32,000 nucleotides of DNA from contig NZ_CP011042.1 of assembly GCF_002310835.1 (NCBI RefSeq), positions 300,001 through 332,000 of the forward strand. The letters are read 5' to 3'. Shown in pieces: positions 17,173 to 24,776 of the stretch. The notes under the pieces are model-generated. The model was not told where the DNA came from and searched no databases. It saw nothing but the letters and a program-made list of their open reading frames with translations. Position 1 is the first letter of the stretch. Each line of letters opens with the position of its first letter. Source of the stretch: Pseudoalteromonas tetraodonis (GTDB lineage Bacteria > Pseudomonadota > Gammaproteobacteria > Enterobacterales > Alteromonadaceae). Position numbers and translations under genes: made by a program.

Positions 17173-18204
17173 TTAGCTACTTGCACCAATATCGAGTGCG
17201 TAACCTACTTCATATTGTTTTTCTTCTTTAGAAATAAATAAGTTAGCAGCCATAACGCCCTTTTCTTGGCTATTTTGATGAATTGTAGTGAGGCGAGGTA
17301 CAAAACGAGCGGCTTCTTCTATGCCATCAAACCCCACAATACGCAGCTCACTGCCTATTTTTATCCCTTGTTTTATGGCTTCTCGCATGGTGGCAAGGGC
17401 AATTAAATCGCTCATGCATATAATCACGTTAGGGCGAGGAGAGGCTGTTAATACCTCTTTTGCGGCAATATTTGCAAAGCGCTCACTGCTTTCAGGAATA
17501 TTCCAAATGCGGTCATCGGCAACCGTTATATTGGCCTCACTTAAGGCGCGTTGATAGCCACGCAAACGTTGATGCGAAATAGATTGGCCAGTTTCAAATT
17601 CGTGATGTTCGTATACCCGGCACAATACATTTTCATCAAGTAATCTTAAACCTAATATAGCCACTTTATCATCTTGATTATGCAAAACATGTTTGGCTAT
17701 TTCATAACTGGCTTGCTCGTTATTAACATTAATTGAGGCGTTACGGGCAATGTCAAAATCAACCGTCACCACATGTTTAGAGACTGTTTTTAGTTGCTCT
17801 ACTAGTGCTTTATTGCGCGGGCGACCATAACAAATAAAACCATCGACAAAATCAACAACGCTGTTGAGGTTGTCACTGTTGCCTGAAAACAATAAAACAT
17901 TAATATTATTTTTTTCAAGTACCGAGGTTACTCCCCGCATAAAACTGCTCGCAACAGGGTCTGATACCATGTATTCCACGCTATCAGGAAGGACTAATGC
18001 AACAATATTAAACGTGCCACTTCGCAAAGATTGCGCCGCTTTATTAGGGCCATAATACCCCAGCTCTTTGCACGCTTTAAGTATGGCTTCGCGGCGTTTA
18101 GCAGAGAGTTGATCCGGGCGATTAAATGCATTTGATACCGTAGCATTAGACACACCTAATTCTTTGGCAATACTCTTTAATGTCCAGCGGGTGGGTTTAC
18201 TCAT
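17173..18204 (-). CDS. scrR: LacI family transcriptional regulator (probable sucrose repressor)
   Basis: 343 aa. N-terminal HTH LKSIAKELGVSNATVSNAFNRPDQLSAKRREAILKACKELGY, followed by a periplasmic-binding-protein-like sugar-binding core. It is adjacent to the scr genes. Confidence 0.85.
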   Translation of the reverse strand: MSKPTRWTLKSIAKELGVSNATVSNAFNRPDQLSAKRREAILKACKELGYYGPNKAAQSLRSGTFNIVALVLPDSVEYMVSDPVASSFMRGVTSVLEKNNINVLLFSGNSDNLNSVVDFVDGFICYGRPRNKALVEQLKTVSKHVVTVDFDIARNASINVNNEQASYEIAKHVLHNQDDKVAILGLRLLDENVLCRVYEHHEFETGQSISHQRLRGYQRALSEANITVADDRIWNIPESSERFANIAAKEVLTASPRPNVIICMSDLIALATMREAIKQGIKIGSELRIVGFDGIEEAARFVPRLTTIHQNSQEKGVMAANLFISKEEKQYEVGYALDIGASS

Positions 18205-18285
18205 CGGTGACTCATTACTACTTACAACATTGCAAACAATCTAGCATATTAGGCTGTTTAATATAACAAAAACTGTTGTGTTAGG

Positions 18286-19179
18286 TTAGTGGCGACACGC
18301 TTTTGGTGCAATACCAAAAGTTTGCTTAAATAAACGACTAAAATGACTGGCGCTATTAAAACCCAGATCGTAGCACACCTTGCTTATAGCGTGGCCTTCT
18401 AATAAAAGCGTGCGGGCTTTTTTAAGCCTAAGTTGTTGCTGCCAAAGTGCAGGGCTAGTACCAAAAGCAAGTTTAAATTGCTGGTAAAACTTACTACGAC
18501 TCATACAGGTTATTTTGCAAAGGGTGTTTATATCGAGGTTTTCGCTTAAATGCTCCTCAATATAATGCAGTGCATCACTCACGTTACTTTTTAGGCGCAG
18601 CTTATCGCAGTTTGCCAGCAATAAATCACGGCTCTGTTGTTGTAATAAACGGGTGATCAATTCGTTTAACGATAAATCAATTAAGTAGTGTCGCTCGGCG
18701 CCTTGCTCACTAAATAAATGCACCATGCGCTCTAATAATTGCTGCGTTTGAGTATTATGTTGGGTATGCACTAAATTAGGGTTGTATTCAAACAAGGCAT
18801 CGTTTGCAAAACTTTGCTGCATATTAAGCGCATTAGCCACATTGGTTATTTTATCGGTGCTTATTTCAATGGCTAAACAGGTGGTGGGTGCGTTTAAGGA
18901 TGCATGCGGAAAATCAATTAGTACGCCTTGCTCAGGTGCTAATACAAACGATTCATGTGGTAAAAACGCTTTGTGGTATTGACTGCTCTCAACATGCATT
19001 ATTTTTTTACCACTGAGCATGGCACAAAACAGTAATTCGTTTGAGTGCAACGCCACTTTTTGCGCACTTTTATAGGTATCGTAAATACTTAGCTCGGAGT
19101 TATCGGCAGCAAAGGTCACTTTGTTTTCAATCAGTACATCAAGTTGTTGGCGTTTTTTATTTAACTGAGATGTGTGCAT
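18286..19179 (-). CDS. AraC family transcriptional regulator
   Basis: 297 aa. C-terminal double HTH (INTLCKITCMSRSKFYQQFKLAFGTSP...ISKVCYDLGFNSASHFSRLFKQTFGIAP). It is divergent from aldB. Confidence 0.85.
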   Translation of the reverse strand: MHTSQLNKKRQQLDVLIENKVTFAADNSELSIYDTYKSAQKVALHSNELLFCAMLSGKKIMHVESSQYHKAFLPHESFVLAPEQGVLIDFPHASLNAPTTCLAIEISTDKITNVANALNMQQSFANDALFEYNPNLVHTQHNTQTQQLLERMVHLFSEQGAERHYLIDLSLNELITRLLQQQSRDLLLANCDKLRLKSNVSDALHYIEEHLSENLDINTLCKITCMSRSKFYQQFKLAFGTSPALWQQQLRLKKARTLLLEGHAISKVCYDLGFNSASHFSRLFKQTFGIAPKACRH

Positions 19180-19374
19180 GTTCAGCCTTTTTTAATCGTT
19201 ATAGAGCGTTTTTAATGTGGACTCACAGACAACTTTTTTGGACAGCTAAGCAAGTTTTTAAGCGCTTATTGGTCTAATGTCAATCAATACCGATTAAATA
19301 TAAAGCAAGTTGCTACATTACTCTAACAAATTTCGGCTTAGACTTTTAGCTAACAACAACAAGAGAACACACAT

Positions 19375-20895
19375 ATGATTTACGCAAACCCAGGTTCAGC
19401 AGACGCACTCGTCACATTTAAACAGCAGTATGGTAATTACATTGGCGGCGAGTGGGTTGCCCCAGTCAACGGCCAGTACTTTGATAATATAAGCCCAGTA
19501 AATGGCAAGGTATTTTGTAAAGTACCGCGCTCAGATAAAGACGACATAAACCTTGCACTCGACAAAGCCCATGCAGTAAAAACCCAGTGGGGCACCACCT
19601 CAGTCGCCGAGCGCAGCAATATACTATTAAAAATTGCCGACCGAATTGAACAAAACTTAGAGTTACTTGCTGTGGCCGAAACATGGGATAACGGCAAAGC
19701 GATTCGCGAAACCCTTGCCGCTGATATTCCACTAGCCGCCGATCACTTTCGTTACTTTGCAGGCTGCCTGCGTGCTCAAGAGGGCAGCATTGGCGAAATA
19801 GACGAAACCACGGTGGCGTATCATTTTCATGAGCCACTAGGCGTTGTAGGACAAATTATTCCGTGGAACTTTCCATTATTAATGGCCGCATGGAAATTAG
19901 CGCCTGCACTTGCAGCGGGTAACTGTGTAATATTAAAACCCGCCGAGCAAACACCTGCCTCAATCTTGGTGTTAATGGAAATTATTGGCGATTTACTGCC
20001 AGGAGGTGTTTTAAATGTGGTAAACGGCTTTGGTAAAGAAGCAGGTGAAGCACTGGCAACCAGTACGCGCATTGCTAAAATTGCTTTTACAGGCTCAACT
20101 CCTGTGGGCTCACATATTTTAAAATGTGCAGCTGAAAATATTATTCCTTCAACGGTAGAGCTTGGGGGGAAATCACCTAATATCTTCTTTAGCGATGTTA
20201 TGGAAAAAGACGACTCATACCTAGATAAAGCAATTGAAGGTGCCATTCTTGCCTACTTTAACCAAGGTGAAGTATGTACTTGTCCATCACGCTTGTTCAT
20301 TCAAGAAGATATTTATGAGCAATTTATAGAACGTATTTTAAAACGTACTAAACAAATTAAACGTGGCAACCCGCTTGATAGCGAAACCATGGTAGGCGCA
20401 CAAGCCTCTAAAGCCCAGTTTGATAAAATTTTAAGCTACATTGAAATTGGTAAAGAAGAAGGTGCTGAAGTATTAACTGGCGGCCATGTTGAGCAATTAA
20501 GCGACGAGCTAAACGGCGGGTATTACATTCAACCTACACTATTAAAAGGGCGTAATGATATGCGCGTGTTCCAAGAAGAAATTTTTGGCCCCGTTATTTC
20601 AATGTCGACCTTTAAAGACGAAGCCGAAGCACTTGAACTGGCTAACAGCTCAGAATTTGGTTTAGGCGCAGGGGTATGGAGCCGTAATATGAATCGTGCT
20701 TATCACTTTGGTCGCAAAATAGAAGCAGGTCGTGTATGGACTAATTGTTACCATATGTACCCAGCACATGCAGCGTTTGGCGGTTATAAAAAGTCTGGTA
20801 TAGGCCGCGAAACTCACAAACTCGCGCTTGATCATTACCAACAAACTAAAAACTTGCTAGTAAGTTACAGCGAAGATCCGCTTGGCTTTTTTTAA
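19375..20895 (+). CDS. aldB: NAD(P)-dependent aldehyde dehydrogenase, AldB/ExaC type
   Basis: 506 aa. By eye it is collinear with E. coli AldB over almost its full length ([111 protein letters not shown]). Confidence 0.9.
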   Translation: MIYANPGSADALVTFKQQYGNYIGGEWVAPVNGQYFDNISPVNGKVFCKVPRSDKDDINLALDKAHAVKTQWGTTSVAERSNILLKIADRIEQNLELLAVAETWDNGKAIRETLAADIPLAADHFRYFAGCLRAQEGSIGEIDETTVAYHFHEPLGVVGQIIPWNFPLLMAAWKLAPALAAGNCVILKPAEQTPASILVLMEIIGDLLPGGVLNVVNGFGKEAGEALATSTRIAKIAFTGSTPVGSHILKCAAENIIPSTVELGGKSPNIFFSDVMEKDDSYLDKAIEGAILAYFNQGEVCTCPSRLFIQEDIYEQFIERILKRTKQIKRGNPLDSETMVGAQASKAQFDKILSYIEIGKEEGAEVLTGGHVEQLSDELNGGYYIQPTLLKGRNDMRVFQEEIFGPVISMSTFKDEAEALELANSSEFGLGAGVWSRNMNRAYHFGRKIEAGRVWTNCYHMYPAHAAFGGYKKSGIGRETHKLALDHYQQTKNLLVSYSEDPLGFF

Positions 20896-20934
20896 TAACG
20901 CGTTTTAGTTTAAACAAACAACCTATAAGTAATG

Positions 20935-20968
20935 AAAGCGCTACATTTTTGTAGCGCTTTGTTTTTTT
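20935..20968 (+). terminator. Intrinsic terminator after aldB
   Basis: Stem aaagcgctac pairs with gtagcgcttt around loop attttt, followed by gTTTTTTT. Confidence 0.85.
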
Positions 20969-21197
20969 AAAACTAATACCGATAGCATTTGATTAGTGGT
21001 TAATTATAATGATAAAGAAATGATTTATTAATGAGGCGCTGGGTTGAAAAAGTAGATTAAAGGTTCTAGCTCAGGGCTGTTATGACTAGGTTTCAGGCTG
21101 TTTGTACAAGCTCACAGCTCGTCACTCGAAGCCGGCTCATTTTCTCCTCTGTGTTCAAAAAGGCTTTAATGAATTAATCACAAAAAGGATTATGGTG

Positions 21198-21803
21198 ATG
21201 TTTGAAACGATTGCGATTTATTCAGGGTTAATAGCCACATTATGGATTTTCATTGGTGTTTATGTAGCAAGTCGGTTTTATGAAGGTTACAGTCATTCTA
21301 AACAATTTTGTAGTGAATTAGGTGCAACGGGAAGCCCAACTGAAAAACTGTCACCGCTAATTAATAATTATCCTTTAGGTTTTCTATTTTGCTTTTTTGG
21401 CTGGTATTTGGCGCAATTGGCTAATGTTTCTATATTGGTTAATATTGTTGGTTGGTTAGTTATTGTGCATGGTATTGGTACCTGGGTTGCGGGTTATTTT
21501 CCTATGGATGCTGACCCATTTACTAAACATCCAACTTTTAGCTGCAAGGTTCACTCTTGGGCTGGTTTTATTATGTTACTTTCGCTGGTTGTAGCACCAA
21601 TATTAATAGCTATTAGTCCAACCACAGAAATTACTCCTTTATACTTTCGTGTTTTTTCAATTGTTTCTGTTATCGCCACAGTTTATTATCTGTTTGCTAT
21701 GGCTAAAGCAATAAAACTACAAAGTAACCCTGGTAGCTATCAACGTATCTCTTATGGTATCCAATTAAGTTGGTTAAGTGTTTTTTCAATAGTGTTAATG
21801 TAA
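21198..21803 (+). CDS. Hypothetical polytopic membrane protein (possibly DUF998-like)
   Basis: About 6 hydrophobic segments. Motifs SELGATGSP and GTWVAGYFPMD resemble DUF998 as I remember it. The start is uncertain (ATG at 21192 or 21198, after AAGGA); the track start at 21102 has no RBS and adds a non-hydrophobic leader. Confidence 0.55.
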   Translation: MFETIAIYSGLIATLWIFIGVYVASRFYEGYSHSKQFCSELGATGSPTEKLSPLINNYPLGFLFCFFGWYLAQLANVSILVNIVGWLVIVHGIGTWVAGYFPMDADPFTKHPTFSCKVHSWAGFIMLLSLVVAPILIAISPTTEITPLYFRVFSIVSVIATVYYLFAMAKAIKLQSNPGSYQRISYGIQLSWLSVFSIVLM

Positions 21804-21907
21804 TTTTAAACTAATTTAAATCGCCTCCAATAATTTAGTGACTTAACTCACTAACGACTATGATTTATTTCAGCTTATTATTTGGCTCCACAACTCAAGG
21901 AAGGCTC

Positions 21908-22126
21908 ATGAATATAAACCACACTAAATTCCGTTTTATTTTACTAAAAGGTGTTCTAGGCTGGGGAATTCCTACCGCTATTTTATTTCAATTAATTATG
22001 TACTTTACAGGTGAGCAAGATTTTTTTGATGGAATCATTTCATCTTTAATAATATTTCCTTTAGTAGGCATATTATATGGATATTTTTTGTGGCATTCGA
22101 AATATAAAAAAGAGCGAAATAACTGA
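21908..22126 (+). CDS. Small hypothetical two-TM membrane protein
   Basis: 72 aa from the ATG at 21908, preceded by AAGGAAGG. There are two hydrophobic stretches and a basic tail, KYKKERNN. No recognisable family. Confidence 0.4.
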   Translation: MNINHTKFRFILLKGVLGWGIPTAILFQLIMYFTGEQDFFDGIISSLIIFPLVGILYGYFLWHSKYKKERNN

Positions 22127-22187
22127 GATAACAACCTTAATCACTTGTTTGTTGAAATTTTTTAGCTGTGATTACAAGGAGGTTTGA

Positions 22188-22715
22188 GTGAACATTTGTG
22201 AAACCCAAAGGTTGCTTATTCGGCAGTTTTCAATTGATGATGTGCCGGCATTAAGTGAAATTCTTAATGACGATGAAGTGATGAAATACTCAATTCGTGG
22301 TGTGTGCGATGAAGCCGCAACTGGTGAATTTATAAAGTGGTGTTTACAATGCTACGGATCATACGGTTTGGGCCCATGGGCACTAATAGATAAAAACAGT
22401 AACCTACTTATAGGGTTTTGTGGTGTTTCTCCACAAAGTGTCGCGGGTAACGAAGAGCCTAATTTAGGGTATCGATTAGCGGTCGATTTTTGGAATAAAG
22501 GCTTAGCCTGCGAAGCGGCTAAAGGTGTTTTAAAGTATGTGTTTACGCAAACTACTCATCAATCGGTCGTTGTTATTATTGAACCTGAGCATATTGCGTC
22601 ATTGAAAGTAGCAAAGAAAATTGGCTTTACAGACTACAGTACTCATGAATTTCATGGTCGTACCGTACAGTTATATCGATTAACTAAGGCGCAGTGGAGT
22701 AACTCACTTGTTTAA
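22188..22715 (+). CDS. GNAT family N-acetyltransferase (RimJ/RimL-like)
   Basis: GTG start 5 nt after AAGGAGG. The N-terminus TQRLLIRQFSIDDVPALSEILNDDEVMKY is typical of the Acetyltransf_3 / RimJ-like group. A GNAT core is present (LGYRLAVDFWNKGLACEAAKGVLKYVF). Confidence 0.8.
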   Translation: MNICETQRLLIRQFSIDDVPALSEILNDDEVMKYSIRGVCDEAATGEFIKWCLQCYGSYGLGPWALIDKNSNLLIGFCGVSPQSVAGNEEPNLGYRLAVDFWNKGLACEAAKGVLKYVFTQTTHQSVVVIIEPEHIASLKVAKKIGFTDYSTHEFHGRTVQLYRLTKAQWSNSLV

Positions 22716-22795
22716 ATAATACTATGTAGGTAGTAAGCTGAAAGAATAGTTAGTGTTGATTTGTTAAGTATCAGTTTTTAAAAAGGAAATTTTTA

Positions 22796-23052
22796 ATGGA
22801 TATAGATTCTCATATAGTTCAACTTGAAAAAAACAACCGAAAGTTATTTAGTGCATCTCATTATTTGGGGCTTACGATAGCGATGGCTGTTATTGTTTTG
22901 TTGTTAATGTTTTATTCAGCCCATTGATAGGGCTTGCTTGTTCAGGTTTTGCTGCTTTCTTTTTGAACTTTTTCTATTCACAGTATAGCTTTAGAAAACT
23001 CAACGCCCGCATAACACTACTGCAAACCAAAATTGAACAAACGTCTAAGTAA
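22796..23052 (+). pseudogene. Possible small membrane-protein gene split by a frameshift (or two meaningless short ORFs)
   Basis: The ATG at 22796 gives 43 aa ending in a hydrophobic stretch, with TGA at 22925-22927. A second frame is open from 22852 to TAA at 23050-23052. It has no start codon, and it continues the hydrophobic segment (LFSPLIGLACSGFAAFFLNFFY) before a basic amphipathic tail. Confidence 0.25.
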
Positions 23053-23230
23053 GGTGTTGCTCTAAATTTAAAGCCAGTTCATTTTAAATCTTACTCGTTG
23101 TTAGCTGCTTTTAATGTTGTTAAGTTACTGCTATAAAAATAATTTGCTGATACTTATTTGATTTAAGGTATTTTTAGTTCCACCAAATGGGTTTACAGTA
23201 ATTATATAACCTAATTTAAAATGGATTTTC

Positions 23231-24703
23231 ATGAACATAAAAACAAAAATAGTTAGCCGTACTTTATTGAGTGCTTTATTAATTACGCCTACCTTGAGCA
23301 TGGCAGAATTAGCAGTTACTCCTCAAACACCAGAGCAATGGCGCAGTGTTACTGATCGTGATATTGAAGCTGCTTACAGTATTTCGGCAAAAAACCACCC
23401 CGGTATGTTTGATGTTAACAACCCAGTCTTTCCTGAGCTATTAAAGCAAGCAAAAGCAGAAGCACTTGCACTGTCTGCCAAAGCGAGCGGGCCGCAGGTT
23501 CATGTTGCGGCAATTGCGCGTTTTAGTACTGTGCTACAAGATGGTCATGCAGGTGTGTTTTCAAGCGTTGAACGACCTGCTCGTCGTTGGCCAGGTTTTA
23601 GTGCCGTTTGGCGGGGTGATGCATTAAAAGTGTATTACAGTGAAACAGATAATATAAATAAAGGTGATGTGATAAGTGGTTGCGATAGGCAAAGTACCGA
23701 GACGTTAATGCGACAAAGAGTGTTTAAATTTCATGGACAGGTTACACAACCTGGGCATTGGTGGCAGCAAGGTTGGCGGTTACTAATTGATGAGGGCAAC
23801 CCATTTTTAACACCTCTAAAAGAATGTCAATTTGTTAAAGCCAATGGGCAAGCTTACAGTAAAACCCTTGATTGGTCTGTTCGGCCAAAGAGTGTAAGTA
23901 AGCATTTAACACATGCCTATAATGGGGATGAGCTTACAACCGATTTAACTTGGCCTGCGCAAAACATAGCGTGGATTGCTATGCCCAGTTTTGCAAATAA
24001 CGATAAGCAAACTCATGATTACAATAACTTGTATAAAAAAGTGACTGATCAACGTTCTAAGTTACTCAGTGCAAAAACGGTGGTTTTAGATCTTCGTCAT
24101 AACCAAGGTGGCTCGTCGTATTGGAGCTTAAAGCTTGCAAAAGCGTTGTGGGGTGAGCAAGTTGTTGAACAAAAAATGGATAACTACTCAAAAAATAGCC
24201 GAGTTTGGTGGAGAGCGTCAAAAGATAATACTAGCCATGTTAAATCATTAATTGAAGTGTTGAAAGATCAACCTAAAGCACAAAAAGAGTTTAAAGAAAT
24301 AGCTGCAGGTATGGCGCAGTCACTTGAAAATAATAAGCTATTTTACATCGAAGAGCCGCAAAGTAAACCAAACCAAAGCGATAGCACGGTGCCAGAGAGT
24401 GACTTTAAAACACAGGTTTTTGTTATTGTGCCGCCACAGTGTGCAAGTGCGTGTCTTGATGCCATTGATGTATTTAAGCAGTTTTCAAACACTCAGTTAT
24501 TTGGCGCGCCAAGCAGTGCTGACTCACTGTATATGGATGTTCGATTAGCTGAGTTACCCTCAGGTTTAGGTAAAGTGATAGTGCCTAATAAAGTGTATGT
24601 GAATAGAGCAAGAGGAAAGGGCGATTATTATAAACCCGATATTGCCTATAACGATATTGATTGGACAACCGATAAGCTATTAGAAAAAATTAAACAGTTA
24701 TAA
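23231..24703 (+). CDS. Secreted S41-family (tail-specific protease-like) peptidase
   Basis: 490 aa with signal peptide MNIKTKIVSRTLLSALLITPTLSMA. S41-like blocks are VVLDLRHNQGGS and VFVIVPPQCASACLDAIDVF (Ser region). The assignment is from motifs only. Confidence 0.65.
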   Translation: MNIKTKIVSRTLLSALLITPTLSMAELAVTPQTPEQWRSVTDRDIEAAYSISAKNHPGMFDVNNPVFPELLKQAKAEALALSAKASGPQVHVAAIARFSTVLQDGHAGVFSSVERPARRWPGFSAVWRGDALKVYYSETDNINKGDVISGCDRQSTETLMRQRVFKFHGQVTQPGHWWQQGWRLLIDEGNPFLTPLKECQFVKANGQAYSKTLDWSVRPKSVSKHLTHAYNGDELTTDLTWPAQNIAWIAMPSFANNDKQTHDYNNLYKKVTDQRSKLLSAKTVVLDLRHNQGGSSYWSLKLAKALWGEQVVEQKMDNYSKNSRVWWRASKDNTSHVKSLIEVLKDQPKAQKEFKEIAAGMAQSLENNKLFYIEEPQSKPNQSDSTVPESDFKTQVFVIVPPQCASACLDAIDVFKQFSNTQLFGAPSSADSLYMDVRLAELPSGLGKVIVPNKVYVNRARGKGDYYKPDIAYNDIDWTTDKLLEKIKQL

Positions 24704-24729
24704 AAAAAGCCGCTCAATGAGCGGCTTTG
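24702..24729. terminator. Bidirectional hairpin between the convergent S41 peptidase and TBDR genes
   Basis: Stem gccgct pairs with agcggc around loop caatg. An A7 run lies upstream and TTT downstream. Confidence 0.6.
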
Positions 24730-24776
24730 ACTTTTCAACTATAAGGGGTAATCAAAAACTGTATTTGGGCAATGTA

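Noticed and set aside
19248-19311. Direct 9-mer AAGCAAGTT repeated 55 bp apart in the AraC-aldB intergenic region, as possible AraC sites
   Set aside because: A single 9-mer coincidence in about 195 bp of AT-rich DNA is not statistically convincing, and the spacing does not fit the usual adjacent AraC half-sites.
19437-20844. Antisense ORFs inside aldB (19437-19697, 19466-19837, 19827-20246, 20662-20844)
   Set aside because: aldB is collinear with E. coli AldB over its whole length, so these are frame shadows of a highly conserved gene.
21062-21090. tRNA-like D-arm string ggttcTAGCTCAGggc upstream of the DUF998-like gene
   Set aside because: Only the 8-9 nt D-loop-like string matches. There is no acceptor stem partner, anticodon arm or GTTCGAATC T-arm nearby, so it is neither a tRNA nor a convincing tRNA fragment.
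21908-22715. Small ORF plus GNAT as a GNAT-type toxin-antitoxin pair
   Set aside because: The upstream 72-aa protein is a hydrophobic two-TM protein, not an RHH/DUF1778-type antitoxin. The two genes are separated by 61 nt, and the GNAT has the RimJ/RimL-type N-terminus rather than TacT/AtaT-like features.
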